64,000 bases of DNA from Nevskiaceae bacterium (lineage in GTDB: Bacteria > Pseudomonadota > Gammaproteobacteria > Steroidobacterales > Steroidobacteraceae), in the NCBI GenBank assembly GCA_018883185.1, contig VEQP01000007.1, forward strand, positions 11,199-75,198, given 5' to 3'. A program made the translations under genes and the position numbers. How positions within the stretch are numbered: position 1 is the stretch's first letter; every line of letters begins with the position of its first letter. This document shows positions 47,980-57,103 of the stretch, piece by piece. Below the pieces are notes generated by a model. That model ran no database searches. It worked only from the letters and a program-made list of their open reading frames with translations, and was not told the origin of the DNA.

Positions 47980-48895
47980 AACGCACCCTGGGATCCAGCC
48001 AGCCGTAAAGCAGATCGGCAATGAGATTTAGTGTCAGCGTCAGGCTGCCGTACACCACGATCATGCCCATCACGAGTGTGTAGTCTCGATTGATCGCGCC
48101 CTGCACAAGGTAGCGACCGCTCCCCGGAAGACCGAACACCGTCTCGACGACCAGGGAACCTGTGATGACAAACGCCGTCGCGGGACCGAGATAGCTCACT
48201 ACCGGCAGCAACGCTGGGCGCAACGCATGTTTGAGGATCACCCGCCGCTCAGGCAGGCCCTTGGCACGCGCCGTGCGTACGTGATTGGTGCGCAGCACCT
48301 CGAGTAGACTTCCCCGCGTCAATCGCGCGATATAGGCAATCACCGGCAGCGCCAGCGTCACGACGGGCAGCACCAGATAACGGAACTCGCCTGCTTCCCA
48401 GCCGGCCACGGGGAACCAGCGCAGATGCAGGCCGAATACCAGCGCAAACAAAGGGCCGGTGACGAAACCGGGCAACGCGATGCCGAGCACCGCCACACTC
48501 ATGATGCCGTAGTCGGTCGGCGAGTTTTGCCGCAACGCCGCCAGCGTGCCGAGCGGAATCCCGACCAGCAACGCGAGCAACACGGCTGATAAACCCAGCA
48601 TCAGGCTGACCGGCAGCCCCTGCGCAATCAGCTCGGTGACCGAGAAATCCTTGAACTTGAACGAGGGACCAAAATCACCCTGCACGAGGCCAGCCAAGTA
48701 GCGGCCGTACTGCTCGAGCAGCGGCTTATCAAGCCCATAGGCCGCTTCGAGATTAGCCTTGATCTCGGGCGGCAAGGTTTGCTCATCGTCGAAGGGGCCA
48801 CCCGGCGCGATGCGGATGACGAAAAACGACAGCGTGATGATGATGAACAGCGTCGGGATCACTCCGGCGATCCGGCGCAGCGCATAACTCAGCAT
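47972..48895 (-). CDS. ABC transporter permease (DppB/OppB-like)
   Basis: 307 aa. MLSYALRRIAGVIPTLFIIITLSFFVIR is the classic DppB/OppB N-terminus. Confidence 0.88.
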   Translation of the reverse strand: MLSYALRRIAGVIPTLFIIITLSFFVIRIAPGGPFDDEQTLPPEIKANLEAAYGLDKPLLEQYGRYLAGLVQGDFGPSFKFKDFSVTELIAQGLPVSLMLGLSAVLLALLVGIPLGTLAALRQNSPTDYGIMSVAVLGIALPGFVTGPLFALVFGLHLRWFPVAGWEAGEFRYLVLPVVTLALPVIAYIARLTRGSLLEVLRTNHVRTARAKGLPERRVILKHALRPALLPVVSYLGPATAFVITGSLVVETVFGLPGSGRYLVQGAINRDYTLVMGMIVVYGSLTLTLNLIADLLYGWLDPRVRYD

Positions 48896-48928
48896 CCGCT
48901 CAGCCCCCTGCGAGCGTGGACGGGCGAC

Positions 48929-49234
48929 TCACAGGTCGGAGGTGACGATGAACAGCGGCGCCTCCGCCATTTCGCGGAACGTGGCCGCAATCTTCTGGAT
49001 TTGCTCGCTCGACACGTCCTTGCCAAGCGCATCGAGACTATGGACGTCAATGATTTCGATGTACTGGTACGGGGAATCACCGCCGCCGAAGAGGCCGTGC
49101 GACTTGAGCACTTCGAATTTCTTGACCGACGGCAACGCATTGACGATCGGCAGATCGACTTCGCGCGCGAACTTTTCGTAGTCCGCGACATTGACGCCAG
49201 GCTTGAGGTTGAACAGAACGACGAGTCGGGTCAT
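48929..49234 (-). CDS. Small dimeric alpha/beta-barrel protein (EthD/HapK-like)
   Basis: ATG 49234 gives MTRLVVLFNLKPGVNVADYEKFAREVD..., about 101 aa. The family call is from remembered sequence similarity only. Confidence 0.45.
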   Translation of the reverse strand: MTRLVVLFNLKPGVNVADYEKFAREVDLPIVNALPSVKKFEVLKSHGLFGGGDSPYQYIEIIDVHSLDALGKDVSSEQIQKIAATFREMAEAPLFIVTSDL

Positions 49235-49318
49235 GGATGTCTTCCGTGAAATCGGCGGAGCGCCGCGAGGCACCGAGTCTAGGTAACCCGCTGCGCCCTT
49301 CGCAAGACTTGACGAGCG

Positions 49319-50905
49319 TCAGCCGAGTCCGAGCGATCCTGGATTCATCCGACCCTGCGGGTCGACCAGTCGTTTCAGATTCGCCAGGAACCCGGCAGCC
49401 GAGGGTTGCAAGGACTGCTGATACTTGTAGAACTTGCCAAGTTGGAAACTGACCGCGCCCTCCTCCATGAAGGCCGTCGCCAGATCGCCGCGGATCTGCG
49501 CAACGGCTGCGGCGGCTTCGGGATTAGCTGAAAAGCGCGGCAGCTTGGCGAGGTAGCCGGCATCTAGCACTCGCTCGTGGAAGCCGAGCCGAGCGTCGGG
49601 CCAATACATGACCGGTTCGAGTAAGGTACCCGCGCCGCCAACCGTGGCACATAGATACCCGCGATCGATATCGAACTGTTGCATCGCTGCCGAGTGGCGC
49701 GCAAACACCGCCTCGCAGACCTCGTACATGCGCACGGCGCAGGAAAAAGGTACGGTGCCATGGACGGGAACCCAGCGCTCACCACCGGGCCCGAGCATGC
49801 TGTTGAGTTCTGCGAACGGATTCGAGCGCATGACCTTGGGCACGGTGTTCTCGACCTCTGTGCCCCCGGCCGCCATGATGCGTCGCACGATCGCGGCCTT
49901 CGCATCCGCATCGGCTGCATCACGCCCATCAAGTGACAGGTGCACCGAGAAAGTGCCCTCCTCCAAAAAATGCCGCCCCGCCAGCACGACCTTCGCGCCT
50001 TCCTTAAGGCCCTTCAGCAGACTGCCGGAGTTTTGCACCACCTTGCCGAGAGCCTTGGCATCCTCGCTTAGGCTCGCGCGTTTCATGCGCACGGCCTGCA
50101 ATCCGGGATCGAACGCGAACTGCTCGGAGACCAACTCGGCACGGGCCACCTCCGCCATCGCGGCAAACAGCTCAGCGTGACTCCGGAAGGTGAACGACAA
50201 ATACCGGCTCTCGGCCTGCGGGCGAATCAGCCGAAAGGTGGCACGGGTCTTGATGCCTAGTGCCCCGCAATCGGAGAGAAACATGCCAAGCATGTCAGGA
50301 CCGACCTGACGGAAAAACGGCTCACCGTTGCGCGAGGCGTGACTCCCGAGCTGCAGCACCGTGCCATCGACCAGCACGACGTCAAGACCGATCACACTCT
50401 CGGCAACCGCACCGTAACGGCCGGAACCCAAGAAAATACTGCCCTGCGACAAAGCGCCGCCGATGCTGGAACGTAGCCCCGAGAGCGGTCCGTAGTACGG
50501 CGTGCGAACGCCATGCGGCGCGAGTGCGTCGAACAGGTCTTTCCACGTGGCGCCGCACTCCACCGTCACATAGCAATCCTCGGCGTCAATGGTGACCACG
50601 CGGTTCATGCTGAGCATGTCCACCATCACCGAGCCGGCGCGCGTCGGTAGGTAGCCGTCGGTGTACGACATGCCACCGCCTCGAGGCACCACTGCAACAC
50701 CGCTGGCATGAATGGCCCGCAGGGCCGCCGACAGTTGCGCGGTATCCGCAGGCCGAATGAGCGCCACCGGCATCTCACCGCGGCGATACACGTCTTCGGA
50801 GTGAAACGCGAGTTCCGCTGCATCGGTCACTACGCGCTCGCGCCCAAGAACAGCGACAAGATCCGCCACCAGCCCGCTTCCGCCTGCTACCAAACCCGCG
50901 TCCAT
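49319..50905 (-). CDS. FAD-linked oxidase/dehydrogenase (PCMH-type FAD-binding domain), paralogue 1
   Basis: 528 aa. VVPRGGGMSYTDGY FAD-binding block. Colinear with 61379-62962. Confidence 0.8.
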   Translation of the reverse strand: MDAGLVAGGSGLVADLVAVLGRERVVTDAAELAFHSEDVYRRGEMPVALIRPADTAQLSAALRAIHASGVAVVPRGGGMSYTDGYLPTRAGSVMVDMLSMNRVVTIDAEDCYVTVECGATWKDLFDALAPHGVRTPYYGPLSGLRSSIGGALSQGSIFLGSGRYGAVAESVIGLDVVLVDGTVLQLGSHASRNGEPFFRQVGPDMLGMFLSDCGALGIKTRATFRLIRPQAESRYLSFTFRSHAELFAAMAEVARAELVSEQFAFDPGLQAVRMKRASLSEDAKALGKVVQNSGSLLKGLKEGAKVVLAGRHFLEEGTFSVHLSLDGRDAADADAKAAIVRRIMAAGGTEVENTVPKVMRSNPFAELNSMLGPGGERWVPVHGTVPFSCAVRMYEVCEAVFARHSAAMQQFDIDRGYLCATVGGAGTLLEPVMYWPDARLGFHERVLDAGYLAKLPRFSANPEAAAAVAQIRGDLATAFMEEGAVSFQLGKFYKYQQSLQPSAAGFLANLKRLVDPQGRMNPGSLGLG

Positions 50906-51033
50906 AGCCTTAGACCTCCCGTTCGATGACTCATTTTAAGACAAGATTTGGCACAAGATACTCACGCACGAGCAGATGCTAGACTTCTGCGGCCGAAAAT
51001 TTGGCGTTGATACCACGGCACGAGCACTTAAGC

Positions 51034-52443
51034 ATGAGCATCATTCGCGGCGAGCCCCCAGAGTTCGATTTCAGCGTCCCAGTCGCCGTGATCGGCGCCG
51101 GCGCCTGCGGCCTGACCGCCGCACTCGCCGTCCGTGACGCGGGCATTGACGTACTCGTGCTTGAGCGCGACAAACGCCTGTGGGGTAGCACTTCGATGTC
51201 ACTCGGTGCCGTCTGCGGGGTCAATTCCGCTGAGCAAACCGCGCACGGCGTGACCGACTCCGTTGAGCTGTTCGTCGCCGATGTCATGGCGAAGACAGAA
51301 GGCCGCGCCGACCCCGCCCTCGCACGCCTGATCGGCGAGCACTCCGGTCGCACGCTCGATTGGTTGCACACGCGTCATCAGGTGCCTTTGCTGCTCGATT
51401 TCAAGTGGACCGGGCTCGGTCACTCGCGACCGCGTTTGCACATTCCGCCCGGTCGTAACGGTGAGGAGCTGCTCGCGCTGCTGGCCAACGCTTGCGGCCG
51501 CGCCGGAGCAGAGATCGTCATGGAGGCCCGAGTGACGGCGCTCTACGCCGATGCCGACGATCGGGTGCTCGGGCTGCAACTGCAGCGACCGGACGGCAGC
51601 GTCGAGCGGCTCGGCTGCGATGCCCTCGTGCTGGCCACCTGCGGTTTCGGCGGCAACCACGCGATGGTGGCGCAGCACATTCCAGAAATGGCGAACGCTC
51701 GCTATTTCGGCCACGAGGGCAATCAGGGCGACGGCATACGCTGGGGCCTGGAACTGGGCGGCGCGGTCGCCGACATGACGGCTTATCAGGGACTCGGCAC
51801 CCTTGCCGACCCGCAGCAGATCATCGTTCCACACCCACTGATGATTGAAGGTGGATTCCTGGTGAACACCCTGGGCGAACGCTTCACCCACGAGCTCGCC
51901 AATATCTCCGGCATGTGCGTTCCGGTGCTCGAACAGCCGGGCGGCACCGCCTGGGTGGTCTTTGACGGACGGCGCAACCAAGAGTGCCTCGCCCACTCAG
52001 TCGAGCAGCGACAGCTCAGCGAGGTCGGCGCAATTCGTAGCGCCTCATCTTGGAGTGAGCTCGAGCGCCTGTGCCAGTTGCCAGCCGGCAGTCTCGCCAA
52101 AGAAAACGCCGCGATCGATGCCAGCCGCGAAGCCAACTCGAATGATCGTTTCGGTCGCTCGTTCGCGGGTCTTGCGCCGCTTGAGTCGCCGTACTGCGCC
52201 ATACGAGTCACCGGCGCGCTGTTCCATACGCAGGGTGGCCTGCAAATCGACTCAGCGGCGCAGGTGCTGCGCCCCGATGGTCGCACTCTGCCCAATCTCT
52301 TCGCAGGCGGCGGTGCAGCGCGCAGCATTTCCGGCCCGGCCGTGACGGGCTATCTACCCGCGGTCGGCCTTGCGATGGCGATTACCTTGGGTCATATCGC
52401 CGGCCGGTCGGCGGCCCAGCAGGCGCATGCGGTGATCGCATGA
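51034..52443 (+). CDS. FAD-dependent oxidoreductase, fumarate reductase / KstD-like flavoprotein family
   Basis: ATG 51034. Dinucleotide fold VAVIGAGACGLTAAL. C-terminal blocks GALFHTQGGL and NLFAGGG are typical of the FAD_binding_2 family. Confidence 0.75.
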   Translation: MSIIRGEPPEFDFSVPVAVIGAGACGLTAALAVRDAGIDVLVLERDKRLWGSTSMSLGAVCGVNSAEQTAHGVTDSVELFVADVMAKTEGRADPALARLIGEHSGRTLDWLHTRHQVPLLLDFKWTGLGHSRPRLHIPPGRNGEELLALLANACGRAGAEIVMEARVTALYADADDRVLGLQLQRPDGSVERLGCDALVLATCGFGGNHAMVAQHIPEMANARYFGHEGNQGDGIRWGLELGGAVADMTAYQGLGTLADPQQIIVPHPLMIEGGFLVNTLGERFTHELANISGMCVPVLEQPGGTAWVVFDGRRNQECLAHSVEQRQLSEVGAIRSASSWSELERLCQLPAGSLAKENAAIDASREANSNDRFGRSFAGLAPLESPYCAIRVTGALFHTQGGLQIDSAAQVLRPDGRTLPNLFAGGGAARSISGPAVTGYLPAVGLAMAITLGHIAGRSAAQQAHAVIA

Positions 52444-53420
52444 ACAGCCAACGTCGACGATCTGGACTGACAACCGGGCTGACAAAGTGGTGGGTCGCGG
52501 TGGCGGCGGCGGTACTCGGCGGCGCCGGCGGCGCAGTCAAGGCGGCCGAAGTCCACAATGTCGATTTCACGCCTCCCGGCGAATCCCGCGTGATGCCGCT
52601 GCGGATTTCGGCGCCTACGACAGGGCGTCGCCTGCCGGTGGTGCTCTTCTCACACGGCGCGTATGCGTCCAAGGATGACTACGCGCCGATCCTCGATCAC
52701 TGGGCCGAAGCGGGCTATGTCGTGATCGCGGTCACGCACCGCGATTCGGTGAAACTCGGTGTCACCCGCGGCAGCAATAACCCGAAATTCTTCGAGTGGC
52801 GGCTCGATGACCTGCAATCGATACTCGCCAACCTGGAATCGATCCTGCAGCAAGCGCCGACATTGCGCTCACGTGCCGACGTCACGCGCATCGCTGCGAC
52901 CGGGCACTCCTTCGGCGGTCTCGTGGCCCAGACCCTAGGTGGCGCGACCTTCAACGACGTCGCGCGCGGCGGCAGCGCCGTCTCCCGCGCCGATTCGCGA
53001 ATTCGCGCGGTGATCATCTTCAGCGGCGCCGGCGCGTTTGCGCCGCTGCTCGCCGCCGAGAACTTTGCGACGCTGCGTCTGCCGACCCTGGTCACCGTTG
53101 GCAGCAATGATCTAAAGCAAGCACCGGATCTCAGCGGCTACGAATGGCGGCGGCAGCCCTTCGATCTGGTGGCGCCCGGCCGCAAGTACCTGCTGACGCT
53201 TGAGGGGGCCGATCACTATCTCGGCGGAATCGTTGGGCGCGATGATCTGCCGCGCTCGCCCAACGCGCCGCTGTATCTGGCGGACTTCAATCGCTGGTCG
53301 ACCGCTTTTCTCGACGCCTACCTGCGCGATCGACGCGGCCCGCGTCGGCAGCTGGAGGCGCTCCCCACTTCGCCGATGTCACGTAACGTCTCCACGGTCT
53401 CGACGCTGCAACAGCGATGA
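52440..53420 (+). CDS. Secreted alpha/beta hydrolase
   Basis: 326 aa. Signal-peptide-like N-terminus. Nucleophile elbow GHSFGG. ATGA overlap with the flavoprotein gene. Confidence 0.65.
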   Translation: MNSQRRRSGLTTGLTKWWVAVAAAVLGGAGGAVKAAEVHNVDFTPPGESRVMPLRISAPTTGRRLPVVLFSHGAYASKDDYAPILDHWAEAGYVVIAVTHRDSVKLGVTRGSNNPKFFEWRLDDLQSILANLESILQQAPTLRSRADVTRIAATGHSFGGLVAQTLGGATFNDVARGGSAVSRADSRIRAVIIFSGAGAFAPLLAAENFATLRLPTLVTVGSNDLKQAPDLSGYEWRRQPFDLVAPGRKYLLTLEGADHYLGGIVGRDDLPRSPNAPLYLADFNRWSTAFLDAYLRDRRGPRRQLEALPTSPMSRNVSTVSTLQQR

Positions 53421-53432
53421 CATTGCGCTGAC

Positions 53433-54521
53433 TCAGCGCGTCGCAGCCTTCAACGCGGCCACGATTGTTTCCCGTTCGACGGGATCCGTAATCGGCTTGT
53501 ACCGCATTCGGTGCTCACCCCCGAGGAACACCGCGGGGTCAGCGATCAATTGGGCGATGCTCCGTTCGTCCCACACCAACCCGTCTTGACCCGCCTTCAC
53601 GAGCGCCGCCGAGTAATAGAACCCCGGAGCGCTGGCGGCACGCCGCCCGAACACGCGATGTAGATTAGGACCGACGCCATGCGGCCCACCCGGCTCGAAG
53701 CTGTGGCAGAACCTGCACCACATGAAATCCTGCTGGGTCTGTCCAGTGAGCACCGGCGCGGCAACGACATCGGCATACGGGTCGGTAGCCGGAGGTGGCG
53801 CGGGCTCGACCCATTGACGATCGGTAGTGAGCGGAATCACCCCGAAGATCTTGTACGGGGCATAAGCAGCCAGCGCGAGCAGCGCCGCGAAACAGCCCAT
53901 ATGGGCAACTCGCCACCCGATCGATGTCCGCGCTCGCTCATGCACCAAGCCGCCGCCCCAATCGAATCCCGGTAGCAGCCGCCATGGCCCGATTCGGTAA
54001 CGCAGCGCTTGCCACAAACCGACGAGCACCGTGAAGCCGCACAAGGCAATCACGAAGAACCCTGTCGCGCTATGCAGATAACCCAAGGTGACGGAGGCGC
54101 GGTAACCCGCGGGCAAGAGCGCGGGGAACTGCCACCCCCCGAACCAAGCTACCGCATGCCCCTCAGACCAAGCGAACAACGGACCCGTGAGACAGAAGGC
54201 ACCGAGCGTCAGATAGAGCCCGAGGGTGCAATGGCGCGCTAGATCGTCGGCTGCGACTGGCACGCGCGTCGGCCGCGCCGGACGCGGCAAGCGGAACCAC
54301 AGCCACAATCGCGGCACCAGCAGCAGCAGGATAGAAAGTCCGTTGGCGATGTGAAGATGCTGCAAGGCCTCTCGCGCGGGCGTACCGCGTGGTGTTACAC
54401 CAACTTTGCTCGACTGGTACATCTGAAATAGCACAAGCGCAAAAATCAACACGGACAACGCGCGCTCCAGGGTGCGCAGGCGATTCTCTGCGCTCGCATT
54501 CGATACGCCGTTATGGATCAT
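53433..54521 (-). CDS. Polytopic membrane protein (cytochrome b561-like?) fused to a C-terminal mitochondrial-type cytochrome c domain
   Basis: 362 aa. The N-terminal roughly 250 aa have about 5-6 TM segments with conserved-looking His residues. The C-terminal domain carries CRFCH ... GPNLHRVFGRRAASAPGFYYS ... HRMRY, a class I cytochrome c pattern. Confidence 0.7.
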   Translation of the reverse strand: MIHNGVSNASAENRLRTLERALSVLIFALVLFQMYQSSKVGVTPRGTPAREALQHLHIANGLSILLLLVPRLWLWFRLPRPARPTRVPVAADDLARHCTLGLYLTLGAFCLTGPLFAWSEGHAVAWFGGWQFPALLPAGYRASVTLGYLHSATGFFVIALCGFTVLVGLWQALRYRIGPWRLLPGFDWGGGLVHERARTSIGWRVAHMGCFAALLALAAYAPYKIFGVIPLTTDRQWVEPAPPPATDPYADVVAAPVLTGQTQQDFMWCRFCHSFEPGGPHGVGPNLHRVFGRRAASAPGFYYSAALVKAGQDGLVWDERSIAQLIADPAVFLGGEHRMRYKPITDPVERETIVAALKAATR

Positions 54522-54524
54522 CGC

Positions 54525-55712
54525 TCAGCCTCCCTCACGTAGCGCACGAAGCACAGCATTGGGCAGCCGGGCATCGTCCCAGTCGGTGGACGAGACACCC
54601 GTGCGCACGATCACCAGATTGCGCGATGGCACGACGTACACGCGCTGCCCGCCAAATCCGTCGATGTAGGCGATATCTTTGGCCGCAAATGGCTCTGAAT
54701 GGAATGCCTTGATGGTGTACGGGTTGTACACACGTTCGGTCCCGGCGGGCGATCCGAGCCACAGGTTGTAACCAAACTGCGGGTTACGTGCTGAGGGTGT
54801 CAGCATCTGTTTCACCCAACTTTCAGAGACCAGCGACTCGCCGTTGACGCGACCGCCCTCGAGGATCAATCGCCCCACCCGCAACCAGTCGCGAGCTGTG
54901 GCAAAGAGACAGCAGAAACCTCGCGGCTGACCACCGACCCGATCCATCCACAATGCCGCATCGGCGGCACCGAGTCGTTGCCAGAGCCTGCTCGAGAGGT
55001 ACTCGGCGTAACGTTTTCCCGTGGCACGCTCGAGCACACTGACCAACACCTGGGTGCTGGCGTTGTTGTACTCGAAGTTACTGCCGTGAGGCTTGGCTGC
55101 TGTCAGCTCCAGCACCCCGCGCTCAAGATTGGAGCCGAACAGAATGCGGGCCGACTTCCAAGTACCAAACACCGGGATCTCGATACCGGATGCCATCTGC
55201 AGCAGTTCGCGAACCGTGATGTCTGCTCGCTCATCGCCACGCCACTCCTCGATCCAACGCGACGCCGGTGCATCCACCGAGGTGATGTAACCATCATCAA
55301 TCGCCGCTCCGACCAACAAGGCGAGCACGGCCTTGTGCATCGAATTGGGGTTGGTGCGAGTGTCGGCAGAAAACCCGGGCCAGTACTTCTCGTAGACGAG
55401 GGCACCGTCTTTGTAGATAAGCAAGGCTACCGACTGCATCTCGGTCGCATAGTCGACGGCTTTGTTCAAACGCTGTTCGTCGAAGGCCTGTAGCCCGCCT
55501 GTCCTGATGTCGTCGCGAGGAGCTCCCGGCACCCGATCCTGCGGTTGGGATTTGTTCACGGCGGCAGGTTGAGTCAACGGCTGACCGAAGAGCACATTGC
55601 GGGGTACCGCGGGATCGGCGATCCACATCATGACCAGCAACACCAGCACCAGCGCGACGAGGCCCGCAAGCAGCCCTCCCAATGCCTTCAAAAACCAGCG
55701 AACGACCTTCAT
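54525..55712 (-). CDS. Membrane-anchored serine hydrolase, beta-lactamase/esterase (class C-like) family
   Basis: ATG 55712 (ATGA overlap with the MFS gene). N-terminal TM anchor. S-x-x-K motif (SMHK). Confidence 0.7.
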   Translation of the reverse strand: MKVVRWFLKALGGLLAGLVALVLVLLVMMWIADPAVPRNVLFGQPLTQPAAVNKSQPQDRVPGAPRDDIRTGGLQAFDEQRLNKAVDYATEMQSVALLIYKDGALVYEKYWPGFSADTRTNPNSMHKAVLALLVGAAIDDGYITSVDAPASRWIEEWRGDERADITVRELLQMASGIEIPVFGTWKSARILFGSNLERGVLELTAAKPHGSNFEYNNASTQVLVSVLERATGKRYAEYLSSRLWQRLGAADAALWMDRVGGQPRGFCCLFATARDWLRVGRLILEGGRVNGESLVSESWVKQMLTPSARNPQFGYNLWLGSPAGTERVYNPYTIKAFHSEPFAAKDIAYIDGFGGQRVYVVPSRNLVIVRTGVSSTDWDDARLPNAVLRALREGG

Positions 55713-57076
55713 GAGTGCACCTGCCCTGCACGCCGCGCGGCGAGTTGTTGGCGAATCTCGGCATGCCGCGTGGCATCGATGGGATAGCGCCACATCAACA
55801 GAATCGGCACCAGCAGCATCAAGGCCGGCAACCATGACGCGCCGAGGCGCACGCCCTGCGAGACCTCCGACGTGAGCACTTGACTCATATCGACATACCC
55901 AAACATCGAGAGGAATCCGAGCCCCGCAAACAACCCGAGTCCCATGCCGAACTTGAAGATAGATGCCAGAAACGCCATGTGACCACCCATCTGGGCGCTG
56001 CCCGTCTGCAACTCGTCGCTGTCCACGGCATCGGCGGTCATGGCCGGCGGCATGATCATGGTGCCGCCGTTGCCAAAGGCCATCACCACGTTGGCGAGTA
56101 GCACGGGCAGCACCACACCTGCTGGCACAAAGAACAACGCCACGTAGGCGATCGCCGTGACGCCGTTGGCGATACAGTAGGCGCGGTGTTTACCAACCCG
56201 GTTCGCCACCGGCACCCACAGCGGAGCGAGCAGCACGGCGGCGATCGTGTTGACGATGGCGACGGTCAGCACGTGCTGCTGCAGGCCGAGGGCTTGCGAG
56301 ATCAACACCGGCTGCACGCCGAAATACACGCCCATCGCCAGTCGATCGAGCAGGTAAGCCGCGGCTAGCCGCCGAAACGGGGCGTTGCGCACGAGGATCC
56401 CGAGCAGGTCGCTCCAGCCCGGCGTGCGCTCGGCGTGCACCTCGGCCACCGGCACCCGGGCGAAACACCACAAAATCGCCAGTGGCAACGCCACGGCAAA
56501 GAAAACACCTACCGACTGCACAATTTGGGCGTAACTCGGGAAAGCCACGCCCTTGAACCAAATCCAGTAGAAAATGCCGACCGCGCTCGCACAGAGATAG
56601 CCGAAAAACGCGCCGCTCTCGCGAAAGCCCGCAATGCGCGTGCGCTCGGTGTAGTCCGCCGACATTTCACCGCCCCAGGTCTGGTGCGGCACGTAGACCA
56701 TGGTCCAGCCGGCGTAAAACAGCACGAGCCATACCAGCAGATACATCGGCGTGGCTCCCGCCGGAGGCAGCAATAGGAACCATGCCGATAGCAGCGCAAC
56801 GGGAGCGCCCGCCACCATCCAGATGCGCCGTCGTCCGAAACGGCTTCGCGTTCGATCGGACAAAGCGCCGACGAGCGGGTCGATGATCGCCTCCCAAAAG
56901 CGACCAACCGCGAAGATGGTGGCCACGGTTAAGGCGACCATGCCGACCTCCGCCGAGTAATACACCGGCGGCAGGAAGTTGTAGAGCGGCACCAACATGG
57001 CCTGCAACGCCACCGTGGGCGCTGCATAGGCCAACAACTGCCCAGTGCGCAGCCGACCTTCGACAGCCTCGGTCAT
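55709..57076 (-). CDS. MFS transporter, glycoside-pentoside-hexuronide (GPH/MelB-like) family
   Basis: 455 aa with about 12 TM segments. GALSDRTRSRFGRRR loop motif between TM2 and TM3, typical of GPH carriers. Confidence 0.75.
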   Translation of the reverse strand: MTEAVEGRLRTGQLLAYAAPTVALQAMLVPLYNFLPPVYYSAEVGMVALTVATIFAVGRFWEAIIDPLVGALSDRTRSRFGRRRIWMVAGAPVALLSAWFLLLPPAGATPMYLLVWLVLFYAGWTMVYVPHQTWGGEMSADYTERTRIAGFRESGAFFGYLCASAVGIFYWIWFKGVAFPSYAQIVQSVGVFFAVALPLAILWCFARVPVAEVHAERTPGWSDLLGILVRNAPFRRLAAAYLLDRLAMGVYFGVQPVLISQALGLQQHVLTVAIVNTIAAVLLAPLWVPVANRVGKHRAYCIANGVTAIAYVALFFVPAGVVLPVLLANVVMAFGNGGTMIMPPAMTADAVDSDELQTGSAQMGGHMAFLASIFKFGMGLGLFAGLGFLSMFGYVDMSQVLTSEVSQGVRLGASWLPALMLLVPILLMWRYPIDATRHAEIRQQLAARRAGQVHS

Positions 57077-57103
57077 GTCACCCCCTCCTCTGCGCTCGCT
57101 CCC

